Notes under the pieces: model-generated
What the model was told of the DNA's origin: nothing
Seen by the model: the letters and a program-made list of their open reading frames with translations, nothing else
Databases searched by the model: none
In this document: one piece after another, positions 9,823 to 22,452 of the stretch
Layout: each line of letters starts with the position of its first letter
Numbering within the stretch: the stretch's first letter is position 1
NCBI GenBank assembly: GCA_044869815.1
Contig: JBIOXS010000108.1
Location: forward strand, 23,369-87,368
Direction of reading: 5' to 3'
Source of the DNA: Candidatus Rokuibacteriota bacterium
GTDB lineage: Bacteria; Methylomirabilota; Methylomirabilia; Rokubacteriales; CSP1-6
Length of the DNA stretch: 64,000 bases
Made by a program: the position numbers and the translations under genes

Positions 9823-10983
9823 TTGGCCACCGTCCCGCGGACGACCGTCGAGATCGACTACGGAGGCAGCGAGCGCCTCACCATGAACATGGGGCCGCAG
9901 CATCCGTCCGCCCACGGCGTGTTCCGCGCGATCCTGACCCTGGAGGGCGAGACGGTGGTGGCCGTCGACGCGGTCATCGGCTATCTGCATCGCTGTCACG
10001 AGAAGCTCGCGGAGACGCTGACCTACGTGCAGTACCCCACCATCGCGTCGAAGACCGACTACGTGTCGGCCATGACCGCCGAGCTCGCCTACGTCGCCGC
10101 CGTCGAGCTGGTCGGCAAGATCGAGGTGCCGAAGCGCGCCCGGTATCTCCGCGTCATCTGCGCGGAGCTCCAGCGGATCGCCTCCCACTGTCTGTGGCTG
10201 GGGACCTGGTGCATGGACATGGGCGGGGCGCTGGGCGGCGGCGCCACCATCTTTCTCTACACGATCCGCGAGCGCGAGCTCGTGCTCGACCTCTTCGAGA
10301 CGTTGACCGGCGCGCGGCTGCTCTACGGCTTCCACCAGGTCGGCGGCACGCGGTACGACGTCCCCGCCGGTTGGACGCAGACGTGCCGCGAGACGCTGGC
10401 CGTCATCGGACAGCGCCTCGACGAGTACGAGGCGATGCTGGAGAACAACGCGTTCTTCCTCGTGCGGACGCAAGGCGTCGGCGTGATCTCCCGCGAGCTC
10501 GCCGAGGCGATCGGGGTGGCCGGCCCGCTGCTGCGCGGCTCGGGTGTCGCCTACGATCTGCGGACGGCGGCGCCCTACTCGTCGTACGAGGACTTCGGCG
10601 TGCGGGTGCCGGTGGAGACCGCCGGTGACTGCTACGCGCGCTACCGGGTGCGGATGGCCGAGTTCCGTGAGTCGATTCGCATCGTTCAGGCGGCCCTCGA
10701 TGGCTTGCCGGAAGGGCCGATCTCGTCGCGACCGGGGGTGAAGTCGGTCGGCCAGGTGCGTATCGCCAAGGGCGAGGGATATTCCCGGGTCGAGGGGGCC
10801 CGCGGCGAGGTCGGCTGTTACCTCGTTGCCGACGGTGGTCCGAAACCGTACCGACTGAAGTGGCGCGGAGCCTCGTTCTCGAATCTGGCCGTGCTCCCGC
10901 ACATCATCCCGGGTCACAAGGTCGCCGACGTCGTGGCCATCATGGGTTCGGTGGACCCCGTCTTCGGAGAAGTCGACAGGTGA
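9823..10983 (+). CDS. nuoD: NADH-quinone oxidoreductase subunit D (locus 1)
   Basis: TTG start. The N-terminus MNMGPQHPSAHGVFR and the C-terminus DPVFGEVDR match NuoD and carry no NiFe-hydrogenase cysteine motifs. Confidence 0.85.
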   Translation: MATVPRTTVEIDYGGSERLTMNMGPQHPSAHGVFRAILTLEGETVVAVDAVIGYLHRCHEKLAETLTYVQYPTIASKTDYVSAMTAELAYVAAVELVGKIEVPKRARYLRVICAELQRIASHCLWLGTWCMDMGGALGGGATIFLYTIRERELVLDLFETLTGARLLYGFHQVGGTRYDVPAGWTQTCRETLAVIGQRLDEYEAMLENNAFFLVRTQGVGVISRELAEAIGVAGPLLRGSGVAYDLRTAAPYSSYEDFGVRVPVETAGDCYARYRVRMAEFRESIRIVQAALDGLPEGPISSRPGVKSVGQVRIAKGEGYSRVEGARGEVGCYLVADGGPKPYRLKWRGASFSNLAVLPHIIPGHKVADVVAIMGSVDPVFGEVDR

Positions 10984-11972
10984 CCCTTCCGCCGCTGGCC
11001 TATCACGCGCTGGTGGGCTTCATCGTGCTGAACGTGGTGATCGGGATGGTCACCTACGTCACGCTCCTCGAGCGGAAGTTCGCGGCGCGGATGCAGTCGC
11101 GCATCGGCCCCTATTACGTCGGGCCCCGCGGGCTGCTGCAGCCGATCGCCGACGCGCTCAAGCTGATGATGAAGGAAGACATCGTTCCCGCGAGCGCGGA
11201 TCGCTGGATCTACAACCTGGCCCCCATCGTCTTCCTCGTGCCGTGCATCCTGATCTTCGCCACGCTGCCATTCGCCCCCGGCCTCGGCGTGGCTGACCTG
11301 AACATCGGGGTGCTCTTCTTCCTGGCCGTCTCGGCCCTGGAGATCGTCGGCCTCTTCATGGGCGGGTGGGGGAGCAACAACAAGTACGCGCTGCTGTCCG
11401 CCATGCGGGCGGTGAACCAGATCATCTCCTACGACCTGCCGTTCGTGTTCGCCGCCTTCGTCCCGGTCCTGCTGGCCGGCTCGCTGCAGATGTCCGCCAT
11501 CGTGGAGGCGCAGCACGGGCTGTGGTTCGTGCTCTATCCCGGCATCGGACAGCTGGCGTTCGTGATGTTCCTCATCGCCACGCTCGCCGCCGAGAACCGC
11601 GTGCCCTTCGACATTCTCGAGGCGGAGTCGGAGCTGGTGGCCGGCTTCCGCGTCGAGTACAGCGGGATGAAGTTCGCGCTGATCCAGCTCGGCGAGTACG
11701 CGCACATGATCGGGACGTCGTTCCTCGGCGCGCTGCTCTTCCTCGGCGGCTGGCTCGGACCGGGCTCGGACACCCCCCTCGTCGGCGCCCTGTGGTTCCT
11801 GCTGAAGGCCATGCTGATCTTCCTGGTCGTGACGTGGGTCCGCTGGAGCTTCGTGCGGATCCGCGTCGACCACATCCTCGCCGTGTCGTGGAAGCTGCTG
11901 CTGCCGGCCACCATCGTGCTGCTCCTGGTGACCGGGTTCTGGGTCGCCGTGAGGGGACCGCATGGCGGTTGA
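10980..11972 (+). CDS. nuoH: NADH-quinone oxidoreductase subunit H (locus 1)
   Basis: The GTG overlaps the nuoD stop. It is polytopic with NuoH motifs (ERKFAARMQSRIGP, EAESELVAGFRVEYSGMKFAL). Confidence 0.85.
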   Translation: MTLPPLAYHALVGFIVLNVVIGMVTYVTLLERKFAARMQSRIGPYYVGPRGLLQPIADALKLMMKEDIVPASADRWIYNLAPIVFLVPCILIFATLPFAPGLGVADLNIGVLFFLAVSALEIVGLFMGGWGSNNKYALLSAMRAVNQIISYDLPFVFAAFVPVLLAGSLQMSAIVEAQHGLWFVLYPGIGQLAFVMFLIATLAAENRVPFDILEAESELVAGFRVEYSGMKFALIQLGEYAHMIGTSFLGALLFLGGWLGPGSDTPLVGALWFLLKAMLIFLVVTWVRWSFVRIRVDHILAVSWKLLLPATIVLLLVTGFWVAVRGPHGG

Positions 11973-12519
11973 CGCGCGGCCGGGGTTCTGGACGGAGACG
12001 GCCCAGCTCGCGCGCGCGGTCGGGCGCGCCATGGGCGTGACCTTCAAGAACCTGCTCCGGCGGCCGATCACCGTCCGCTATCCCACGGTGAAGCGCGTCT
12101 ATCCCGATCGCTTCCGCGGGATCCTCGCCCTCACCTACGACCGCGAGACGGGCGAGGAGAACTGCATCGGCTGTCGGCTGTGCGAGTACATCTGCCCGCC
12201 GCAGGTCATCAAGGTCGAGATGCTGAAGGCCGAGAAGCGGAACTGGGCCAAGACGTTCACGCTCGAGCTCTACGCGTGCGAGTTCTGCGAGCTCTGCGTC
12301 CAGGTGTGCCCGACCGACGCCATCGTCATGATGCGCTCGTTCGACCTCGCGACCGCCGACCGCCGCGAGCTCCTGCTCGACAAGGACCGCCTGCACGCCC
12401 TCGGCCTTCAGTTCCAGCCGTCCTGGGCGACCGGCAACCGCCTGCGCGACATGCAGGCGCCGCCGAAGCCTTCGAAGGCTCCAGGCGGTTCGCCAGATCC
12501 ACAATCGGCCAAGCCGTGA
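11962..12519 (+). CDS. nuoI: NADH-quinone oxidoreductase subunit I (2x[4Fe-4S]) (locus 1)
   Basis: It has the two cysteine motifs CIGCRLCEYICP and CEFCELCVQVCP. Confidence 0.9.
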   Translation: MAVDARPGFWTETAQLARAVGRAMGVTFKNLLRRPITVRYPTVKRVYPDRFRGILALTYDRETGEENCIGCRLCEYICPPQVIKVEMLKAEKRNWAKTFTLELYACEFCELCVQVCPTDAIVMMRSFDLATADRRELLLDKDRLHALGLQFQPSWATGNRLRDMQAPPKPSKAPGGSPDPQSAKP

Positions 12520-13013
12520 TGGCCGAGACCATCGGGTTCTGGGTGATGGCCGTGGTGCTGGTCGGCGGCAGCCTCGGCGTCGTGCTGACGCCGAACCTGT
12601 TTCACGCCGCCGTCCTCTATCTCCCGGCGGCCCTGGTGGCCACCGGCGCCATCTTCTGGCTCCTGGAGTCGCCGTTCCTCTTCGGCGTCCAGCTGCTGCT
12701 CTACGCGGGTGGCGTGGTGACCATCGTCGTGTTCGCCATCATGCTCACGGAGCGCCTGGTCGGCGAGTCCATTCGCCAGTCCAGCCGCTTCGTCTTCAAC
12801 GGCGCCGTGCTGGCCGCCGCCGTGTTCGTCGGTGTCGTCGGCTTCGTGCTGCAACGCGCGGCGCCGCCCGCACCTCCGGCGCCCGCCGGCGAGCAGATGG
12901 TCGCGCTCGGCCGCGCGCTCGTCGGTCCCTTCGGCGCCGCGCTCCAGCTGCTCGCCGTGCTGCTCGTGGTGGCGCTGCTGGGCGCGCTCTACTTCGCGCG
13001 CGCGGAAGATTAG
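12519..13013 (+). CDS. nuoJ: NADH-quinone oxidoreductase subunit J (locus 1)
   Basis: The ATG overlaps the nuoI stop (TGATG). It is a hydrophobic NuoJ-like protein. Confidence 0.8.
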   Translation: MAETIGFWVMAVVLVGGSLGVVLTPNLFHAAVLYLPAALVATGAIFWLLESPFLFGVQLLLYAGGVVTIVVFAIMLTERLVGESIRQSSRFVFNGAVLAAAVFVGVVGFVLQRAAPPAPPAPAGEQMVALGRALVGPFGAALQLLAVLLVVALLGALYFARAED

Positions 13014-13014
13014 G

Positions 13015-13314
13015 GTGCCGCTGCCGGCATACCTCATACTGGCCGCGCTCGTGTTCGCCATCGGCCTGTTCGGCGTTCTGACGCGGCGCAACGCCGTCGG
13101 CATCCTGCTCGGCATCGAGCTGATGCTGAACGCCGTCAACATCAACCTGGTCGCCTTCGCCCGCTTCCGCGCCGATATCGGCGGGCTCGTCTTCACGATG
13201 CTGACCATCGCCATCACGGTGGCGGAGGTGGCGGTGGGACTGGCCATCGTCATCGCCATCTTCCGCGTCCGGCGGACCATCGAGGCCGATCACCTCGATC
13301 TGCTGCGAGGCTAG
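13015..13314 (+). CDS. nuoK: NADH-quinone oxidoreductase subunit K (locus 1)
   Basis: GTG start. It has the NuoK motif [16 protein letters not shown]. Confidence 0.85.
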   Translation: MPLPAYLILAALVFAIGLFGVLTRRNAVGILLGIELMLNAVNINLVAFARFRADIGGLVFTMLTIAITVAEVAVGLAIVIAIFRVRRTIEADHLDLLRG

Positions 13315-13317
13315 CAG

Positions 13318-15168
13318 GTGCACCTCGGCTCGCCGCCGCTCGCGCTGCTCGTGCTCGGCCTGCCCGCCGCGAGCTTTCTCCTCATCGGGCTGATCCCGCC
13401 GCTGCGCCGGAGCGGTCGCGGCGCGGCCGCCGTCTCGGTGGCGGCGGTCGGTGCCGCGCTGGCGGCCGCCGTCGTGATGTGGCAGGCGGCGCGGCCCCTC
13501 ATCGAGGGGCCGCCGCGCAATCCCTCGGCCACGTGGTCGTGGATTCCCGCCGACGGCGGCCCCATGGCCACCGTCGGCGTCATGGTCGACGACCTCGCGC
13601 TGCCGATGTGCGTGCTCGTCACGTTCATCTCCTTCCTCGTCCAGGTCTACTCGTACGCGTATCTGCACGCGGAGCCGCCGCCGTCGCTCGGACGCTATTA
13701 CGCGTACCAGTCGCTGTTCGCCTTCTCGATGCTCGGCCTGGTGCTCGCACCGGGCTTTCTGCAGATGTTCGTCTTCTGGGAGCTCGTCGGCGTCTGCTCC
13801 TACCTGCTGATCGGCTTCTGGTACGACAAGCCGTCGGCCGCCCGCGCCGCCGTGAAGGCGTTCTGGATCACGAAGCTCGGCGATCTCGGCTTCGTCGCCG
13901 GCATCGTCATGCTCTGGGCGGCCACCGGAACCTTCGATTTCTGGACGCTCTTCGGGCTGGCCGACTCCGGAGCGCTGGCCGCCGTCGCCGGCCTGCCGAC
14001 GATCATGTTCCTGATCTACCTCGGCGCCGTGGGCAAGTCCGCGCAGTTTCCGCTTCACGTCTGGCTGCCGGACGCGATGGAAGGCCCGACGCCGGTGTCG
14101 GCGCTGATCCACGCGGCCACCATGGTCACCGCCGGCGTCTACATGGTCGCGCGCGCGTTCCCGCTCTTCGCGCTCACGCCGGACGTCCTGCGTCTGATCG
14201 CCTGGGTCGGAGCCTTCACGGCGCTGCTGGCGGCGACGATGGCGTGCGTGGAATCCGACATCAAGCGCGTGCTCGCGTACTCCACGGTCTCGCAGCTGGG
14301 CTACATGCTGGCGGCGGCCGGCGCCGGCGATCATCACGCGAGCTTCGGCCATCTGCTGACGCATGGCGTGTTCAAGGCGCTGCTGTTCCTCGGCGCGGGC
14401 GTGGTGATCCACGCGTTCCACACCAACGATATGTTCCGCATGGGCGGGCTCTTCGCCCGCCTGCCGTGGACGGGCGTGGCCTTTCTGATCGGTACGCTGG
14501 CGCTGGCCGGGATCCCGCCGTTCCCGGGGTTCTTCTCGAAGGAGGCGATCCTGGCCGCCGTCCTGAACGGCGGGTTCAAGCTGCCGTTCGTCATGCTCGC
14601 CGTGACGTCGCTCCTGACGGCGTTCTACATGTTCCGCGCCGTCTTCCTCGTCTTCTTCGGGCGCGCGCACGGCCACGTCGCGGCCCATGGCGCGCCGCTC
14701 GCGATGGACGGCGTGTGCCGGCTGCTGGCGGCGGTCACCGTGGTCTACGGCCTCGTGCTGGCCTTCGGCGGTCACCACGGCGACGCGCCGGCGTGGCTGC
14801 CGTGGGTGTCGATGCTACTCGCCGCCGGCGGTATCGCGCTCGCGTGGGCGACCTACGAGCGCGGGATGGTGCCGGCATCGCGGCTGGCGGCGGCGCTGGC
14901 GCCGATCGACTTCCTGGCGCGCCGGCGCTACGGTCTCGACGGCGTCTATGCCGGGCTCTATCGCATCGTGCTGCTCGGCGTGTCCCGCGCGATCGGCTGG
15001 ATCGACCGCTATCTCGTCGACGGCGTCCTCAACGTGCTGAGCGCGGCGGTGCTGCGGGCCGGCGACCGCCTGCGCCGCCTCCAGACCGGTCAGCCGCAAG
15101 ACTACGTCTACGGCGTCGCGTTCGGCGTGCTGCTCCTCCTGGTCTGGGGTCACCTCGCGACTCGATGA
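13318..15168 (+). CDS. nuoL: NADH-quinone oxidoreductase subunit L (locus 1)
   Basis: 616 aa antiporter-like subunit with a long C-terminal lateral helix region. Confidence 0.9.
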   Translation: MHLGSPPLALLVLGLPAASFLLIGLIPPLRRSGRGAAAVSVAAVGAALAAAVVMWQAARPLIEGPPRNPSATWSWIPADGGPMATVGVMVDDLALPMCVLVTFISFLVQVYSYAYLHAEPPPSLGRYYAYQSLFAFSMLGLVLAPGFLQMFVFWELVGVCSYLLIGFWYDKPSAARAAVKAFWITKLGDLGFVAGIVMLWAATGTFDFWTLFGLADSGALAAVAGLPTIMFLIYLGAVGKSAQFPLHVWLPDAMEGPTPVSALIHAATMVTAGVYMVARAFPLFALTPDVLRLIAWVGAFTALLAATMACVESDIKRVLAYSTVSQLGYMLAAAGAGDHHASFGHLLTHGVFKALLFLGAGVVIHAFHTNDMFRMGGLFARLPWTGVAFLIGTLALAGIPPFPGFFSKEAILAAVLNGGFKLPFVMLAVTSLLTAFYMFRAVFLVFFGRAHGHVAAHGAPLAMDGVCRLLAAVTVVYGLVLAFGGHHGDAPAWLPWVSMLLAAGGIALAWATYERGMVPASRLAAALAPIDFLARRRYGLDGVYAGLYRIVLLGVSRAIGWIDRYLVDGVLNVLSAAVLRAGDRLRRLQTGQPQDYVYGVAFGVLLLLVWGHLATR

Positions 15169-15172
15169 CGCC

Positions 15173-16714
15173 ATGATCCGATTTCCGGTGCTGTCGGTCA
15201 TCACGTGGATGCCGTTCCTCGGCGCCGTGCTGATCATGTTCGCCGCTCGCCACCGGCCACTGGCGGTGCGAGTCATCGCCACCGTCAGCACCGCGATCTC
15301 GACGGCGCTGTCGCTCGGCCTCTACGTCGCCTACGACCGCGAGGCGGCGCTGCAGGGCACGAATTTCCAGTTCTACGAGAAGGTGTCGCTGGTCCCGCCG
15401 CTCGGGATCAATTACGAGCTCGGCGTCGACGGCATCAGCCTGCTGATGGTGCTGCTGACCTCGATCATCATCTTCGCCGGCGTCTTCGCCTCATGGACGA
15501 TCGCGTCGCGGAGCCAGGAGTTCTACGCGCTGTTGCTGGCCCTCGTCACCGGCGTCTACGGCGTGTTCGTGTCGCTCGATCTCTTCGTCTTCTTCCTGTT
15601 CTACGAGCTGGCCGTGCTGCCGATGTATCTGCTCATCGGAATCTGGGGCTCGAGCGGCGAGGTGCGGCCGCGCGGCGTCTTCGCGTGGGCGTTCCGGGAG
15701 ACGGGTGTGGGCTCGAAGGAATACGCGGCCATGAAGCTGACGCTCTATCTGCTGTTCGGCTCCGCGTTCATCCTGGTGGGCATCTTCGCGCTGTACGTCA
15801 CCGCCGGCACCGCGTCGTTCTCGTTCCTCGACTTCGAGGGCACCGCCTTCGATCCGAGCCTCCAGCGCTGGGTCTTCCTCGCCTTCTACATCGGCTTCGG
15901 CATCCTGGCGGGCATCTGGCCGCTTCATACCTGGTCGCCCGACGGCCACGCCTCGGCGCCGACGGCGGTGTCGATGCTGCACGCCGGCGTGCTCATGAAG
16001 CTCGGCGCCTACGGGGTGGTGCGGATGGGCATGGGCCTCTTGCCCGAGGCCGCCGCCGAGCTCGCCTGGCTGGTGGGTGGCGTGGCCTGCATCAACATCG
16101 TCTACGGCGCGCTCTCGGCCATGGCCCAGGTCGATCTCAAGTACGTCATCGCGTACTCGTCCGTCTCGCACATGGGGCTCGTCATGCTGGGCGCGGCCAC
16201 GCTGACGGAGGCCGGTCTGAACGGCTCGGTGTTCCAGATGTTCGCGCACGGCGTGATGACCGGATTGTTCTTCGCCCTCGTCGGACTGGTCTACGAGAAG
16301 GCGCACTCGCGGGAGATCGGCAAGATGGGTGGCTTCGGCCGCGTGATGCCCGGCGTGGCGACGGCCTTCACCATCGGCGGCCTGTCCTCGCTCGGGCTGC
16401 CGGCGACGTCCGGGTTCGTGGCCGAGATCCTGACGTTCATGGGCGCGTGGCGGTCGGCGTACAGCTGGTGGCTGGTGCCGGCGGTCGCGGGAACGTTCCT
16501 CACCGCCGTCTACGTCCTGCGCGTCACCAAGCAGATCTTCTGGGGCCCGCCGTCGCCGCACTTTCACCATCTCGAGGACGCGCGCGGCACCGAGTGGGTG
16601 GCCCTCGTCATCCTGGTCTTCGTCCTCGTGCTCTTCGGTGTCGCCCCCGGGATCGCGCTGGTCCCGGTCGACACGGCGACCGTGCCGCTGCTGTCGCGGA
16701 TCCTCGAGCCGTGA
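15173..16714 (+). CDS. nuoM: NADH-quinone oxidoreductase subunit M (locus 1)
   Basis: 513 aa antiporter-like subunit. Confidence 0.9.
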   Translation: MIRFPVLSVITWMPFLGAVLIMFAARHRPLAVRVIATVSTAISTALSLGLYVAYDREAALQGTNFQFYEKVSLVPPLGINYELGVDGISLLMVLLTSIIIFAGVFASWTIASRSQEFYALLLALVTGVYGVFVSLDLFVFFLFYELAVLPMYLLIGIWGSSGEVRPRGVFAWAFRETGVGSKEYAAMKLTLYLLFGSAFILVGIFALYVTAGTASFSFLDFEGTAFDPSLQRWVFLAFYIGFGILAGIWPLHTWSPDGHASAPTAVSMLHAGVLMKLGAYGVVRMGMGLLPEAAAELAWLVGGVACINIVYGALSAMAQVDLKYVIAYSSVSHMGLVMLGAATLTEAGLNGSVFQMFAHGVMTGLFFALVGLVYEKAHSREIGKMGGFGRVMPGVATAFTIGGLSSLGLPATSGFVAEILTFMGAWRSAYSWWLVPAVAGTFLTAVYVLRVTKQIFWGPPSPHFHHLEDARGTEWVALVILVFVLVLFGVAPGIALVPVDTATVPLLSRILEP

Positions 16715-18114
16715 GGGCCTCACCGCTCGTCCTCGAGCTCGGCACCGGCGCCCTGATGCTCCTGGTCTTCGGTCTCGGCCTCTTCGGGCGTCCCCGCGAG
16801 CGGCGCCTGGTGGGCCTCCTCGCCACCGCCGGCGTCTTCGTGCTCGGTGTCCTCGCCATGCTCCTGGCGCCGTCGGGCCCGGCGCTGGGCGGGATGTTCG
16901 TGCAGGACGGCCTCGCCGTCTTCGTCAAGCGGGTCTTCCTGGCCGCGACGTTCATCGGCCTGCTGGCCGGGCTCGGCTCACCGCAGTTCGCTCGCCGCAG
17001 CGCCGAGTACCACGTGCTCATCCTCACCTCGCTGCTCGGCATGCTGACGCTCGCCTCCGCGCGCGACGTGATCCTCCTCTTTCTCGCCTTCGAGCTCATG
17101 TCCATCCCTCTCTACGTGCTGGCCGGCTTCGCCAAGCGCGCCCCGGAGGCGCTGGAAGCCTCGCTGAAGTTCTTCCTGGTCGGCTCGGTGTCCTCCGCGG
17201 TGATGGCTTACGGCTTGTCGTTCGTCTACGGCGCCACCGGCAGCACGAGCCTGGCCGTCATCGCGAAGGCGCCCGGCAATCCCTGGCTCACCCTCGGGCT
17301 GCTGGCGGTGCTGACCGGCGTGGCGTTCAAGATCGCAGCGTTCCCGTTCCACATGTGGGTCCCGGACACCTACGAGGCGGCGTCGACGCCGTTCGTGGCG
17401 TGGCTCAGCGTGGCTCCGAAGGCAGCGGGCTTCGTGCTCCTCTTCCGGATCTACTTCGAGGGCGCCGGTGATCGCGCAGGGGTGTGGGGGCCGCCGGCGG
17501 CGGCGCTGGCCACGGCCACGATGCTCGCCGGCAATCTGATGGCGCTTCCGCAGAAGAATGCCAAGCGGCTGCTCGCGTACTCGGGGATCGCGCAGATCGG
17601 CTACATGCTGGTCGGGATCGCGGCCGCCTCGGCGTCGGGCACCGCGATGGTCCTCTTCTATCTGGTCGCGTACGTCTTCGGCAACATGGGGGCATTCCTG
17701 GTGGTCGAAGCGGTCGCCCGCTCGGAGGGCTCCGAGGCGACCTCGGCCTTCCGCGGCCTCGCGCAACGCTCGCCGCTGCTGGCGCTCGCCATGCTGCTCT
17801 TCCTGCTGTCTCTGGGCGGCATTCCGTTCGTCGCGGGCTTCTGGGCCAAGCTGTACGTTTTCTGGGCCGCCGCCGAGCGGGGACTCTACTGGCTGGTCCT
17901 CATCGGCGCGATCCTGACGGTGGTCGCCCTCTTCTATTACCTGATCATCGCCAAGAGCATGTACATCGAGGCGTCGTCGCGCACCGATGGCGTGAAGGTC
18001 GCGCCCGCGCTGGCGGCATCCGTCGTGCTCTGCGTGATCGGCATCCTCGCCCTCGGCGTCTATCCGAAGTCCGTCGTCATGGCCGCGCTTCGGGTGGCGG
18101 CGCCGCTATTCTAG
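16711..18114 (+). CDS. nuoN: NADH-quinone oxidoreductase subunit N (locus 1)
   Basis: The GTG overlaps the nuoM stop. It is a 467-aa antiporter-like subunit. The track ORF 15205..18114 is an out-of-frame extension. Confidence 0.85.
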   Translation: MRASPLVLELGTGALMLLVFGLGLFGRPRERRLVGLLATAGVFVLGVLAMLLAPSGPALGGMFVQDGLAVFVKRVFLAATFIGLLAGLGSPQFARRSAEYHVLILTSLLGMLTLASARDVILLFLAFELMSIPLYVLAGFAKRAPEALEASLKFFLVGSVSSAVMAYGLSFVYGATGSTSLAVIAKAPGNPWLTLGLLAVLTGVAFKIAAFPFHMWVPDTYEAASTPFVAWLSVAPKAAGFVLLFRIYFEGAGDRAGVWGPPAAALATATMLAGNLMALPQKNAKRLLAYSGIAQIGYMLVGIAAASASGTAMVLFYLVAYVFGNMGAFLVVEAVARSEGSEATSAFRGLAQRSPLLALAMLLFLLSLGGIPFVAGFWAKLYVFWAAAERGLYWLVLIGAILTVVALFYYLIIAKSMYIEASSRTDGVKVAPALAASVVLCVIGILALGVYPKSVVMAALRVAAPLF

Positions 18115-18116
18115 AG

Positions 18117-18145
18117 TCGGAGGGGGCCTCGGCGGCCCCCTCCGA
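18117..18145 (+). terminator. GC-rich hairpin immediately after nuoN (candidate intrinsic terminator)
   Basis: tcGGAGGGGGCC-tcggc-GGCCCCCTCCga forms a perfect 10-12 bp stem 3 nt after the nuoN stop. A second hairpin, GCGGCGGC-aaa-GCCGCCGC, lies at 18167-18185. No U-tract follows, which is common at this GC content. Confidence 0.45.
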
Positions 18146-18286
18146 GCCTCCCCCCAGATCAGGTTTGCGGCGGCAAAGCCGCCGCTCGGACGGCGTGATT
18201 CCCGGTGAGGCTCGGCGGGATCCGCCCGGTTGGCTTCGCACTCCTTGCACGCGCGCTTGACGGTTGGGGATCTGTCGGGTAGGTTA

Positions 18287-18308
18287 CTGTACCGACTGGT
18301 TGGTACAG
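18287..18308 (+). promoter_or_regulatory. Perfect inverted repeat (candidate TetR operator) abutting the tetR start
   Basis: CTGTACC-gactggtt-GGTACAG has 7-bp arms and an 8-bp spacer. It ends 1 nt before the TetR ATG at 18309. Confidence 0.45.
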
Positions 18309-18947
18309 ATGACGACGATCAAGATCCCGACCGCTGCCCCCCGTTCCCGTGACGGGCGTAGCACGCGCGAGGCGGTCATCGCCGCCGCCATGCGGCTGAT
18401 TCACGTGCACGGGTACAAGGCGATGGCGCTCGACGACGTGCTCCGCGACAGCGGCGTGGGCAAGGGCAATTTCTACTACCACTTCAAGAGCAAGGAAGAT
18501 CTCGGGCACGCCATCCTGGACCAGATCGTCGACGGCTTCCTGGAGCGGACGCTGGCCCCGTGCTTCGCCGATCCCGACGCGGCGCCGCTGGGACAGATCC
18601 GCTGCTTCCTCGACCGTGTGCTGGAGGCGCAGCGCCAGAGCAACTGCGTCGGCGGCTGCGTGATGGGCAACCTCGCCTCCGAGCTCTCGGACGTCCACGA
18701 GGGGTTCCGGACGCGGCTGGCCATGCTCTTCACGGCGTGGCAGGCGCGGCTGGCCAGGGCGCTCGACTCCGGGCGCCGGCGTGGCGAGCTGGCCGGCGAC
18801 TCGGACCCGGACACGATCGCCCAGTTCGTGGTCGCCTCGCTGGAGGGCGCCATCCTGCTCGCGAAGCTTTCGAAGGACATCCGCGTGATGGAGCAGTGCG
18901 TGGCCGAGCTGAAGCGCTATCTGGCGCTGCACGAGGTGCGCTCATGA
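18309..18947 (+). CDS. TetR/AcrR-family transcriptional regulator
   Basis: The N-terminal HTH reads REAVIAAAMRLIHVHGYKAMALDDVLRDSGVGKGNFYYHFKSKEDL. Confidence 0.85.
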   Translation: MTTIKIPTAAPRSRDGRSTREAVIAAAMRLIHVHGYKAMALDDVLRDSGVGKGNFYYHFKSKEDLGHAILDQIVDGFLERTLAPCFADPDAAPLGQIRCFLDRVLEAQRQSNCVGGCVMGNLASELSDVHEGFRTRLAMLFTAWQARLARALDSGRRRGELAGDSDPDTIAQFVVASLEGAILLAKLSKDIRVMEQCVAELKRYLALHEVRS

Positions 18948-19558
18948 CCGTGTCGTCAGGACCGCGCGTCGACGTCGACGCCGAGCTGGTCGAAGCCCTC
19001 CGCCGCGACGATCCCGACGCGCCCGAGCAGCTCGTCGAGCGCTTCGGAGACCGCGTGTATCGCCTCGCCATGCGAATCACCGGACTCAACGAGGATGCCG
19101 AGGAGGCCGCGCAGGACGCGCTCTGGACCGCCGCGCGCAAGATCCACACCTTCAAGGGCGAGTCCGCGTTCGGCAGCTGGCTCTACCGCATCGCCGCCAA
19201 CGCGGCCTACCAGAAGCTCCGCACGCGCCGCGCGAAGGCCAAGGAGATCTCGCTGGAGGACGTGCTGCCTGCGCTCGACGACGATGGCCGTCACTTCGAG
19301 CCGATGGCCGACTGGTCCTCGCGCGTCGACGAGCAGGCGCTCACCGGCGAGCTTCGCGAGGTCCTCCAGCGGGCGATCGACGGCCTGCCGCCCGACTACC
19401 GGACGGCGCTCGTGATGCACGACGTCGAGGGGCTCTCGAACCCCGACATCGCCGAGACGCTCGGCATCAGCCTGCCCGCGGTGAAATCGCGCGTGCATCG
19501 CTCTCGCCTGTTCGTGCGCAAGCAGCTCTCCGCGTACATGGGCGTGGCGGCGAGTTGA
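18944..19558 (+). CDS. ECF-type sigma-70 family sigma factor
   Basis: The ATG overlaps the tetR stop (ATGA). Region 2 reads AQDALWTAARKIHTFKGESAFGSWLYRIAANAAY. Region 4 reads DYRTALVMHDVEGLSNPDIAETLGISLPAVKSRVHRSR. Confidence 0.85.
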   Translation: MTVSSGPRVDVDAELVEALRRDDPDAPEQLVERFGDRVYRLAMRITGLNEDAEEAAQDALWTAARKIHTFKGESAFGSWLYRIAANAAYQKLRTRRAKAKEISLEDVLPALDDDGRHFEPMADWSSRVDEQALTGELREVLQRAIDGLPPDYRTALVMHDVEGLSNPDIAETLGISLPAVKSRVHRSRLFVRKQLSAYMGVAAS

Positions 19559-19625
19559 CGCCTCCGCGGGCTTTGTGGTCTTATAAACGGCCGTCACTCA
19601 ACGATTCAGGGAAGGCAACGAGCGC

Positions 19626-22424
<2,799 letters not shown>

Positions 22425-22452
22425 CCGTGGCGCTCCTCTGTGTCGCGACTAT

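Noticed and set aside
15205-18114. Track ORF of 969 aa presented as one gene.
   Set aside because: Its N-terminal two-thirds are an out-of-frame overlap of nuoM. The genuine nuoN starts at GTG 16711. The track's 5' extensions of the ORFs for nuoB, nuoC, nuoD, nuoH, nuoJ, nuoK, nuoG and lpdA have the same problem.
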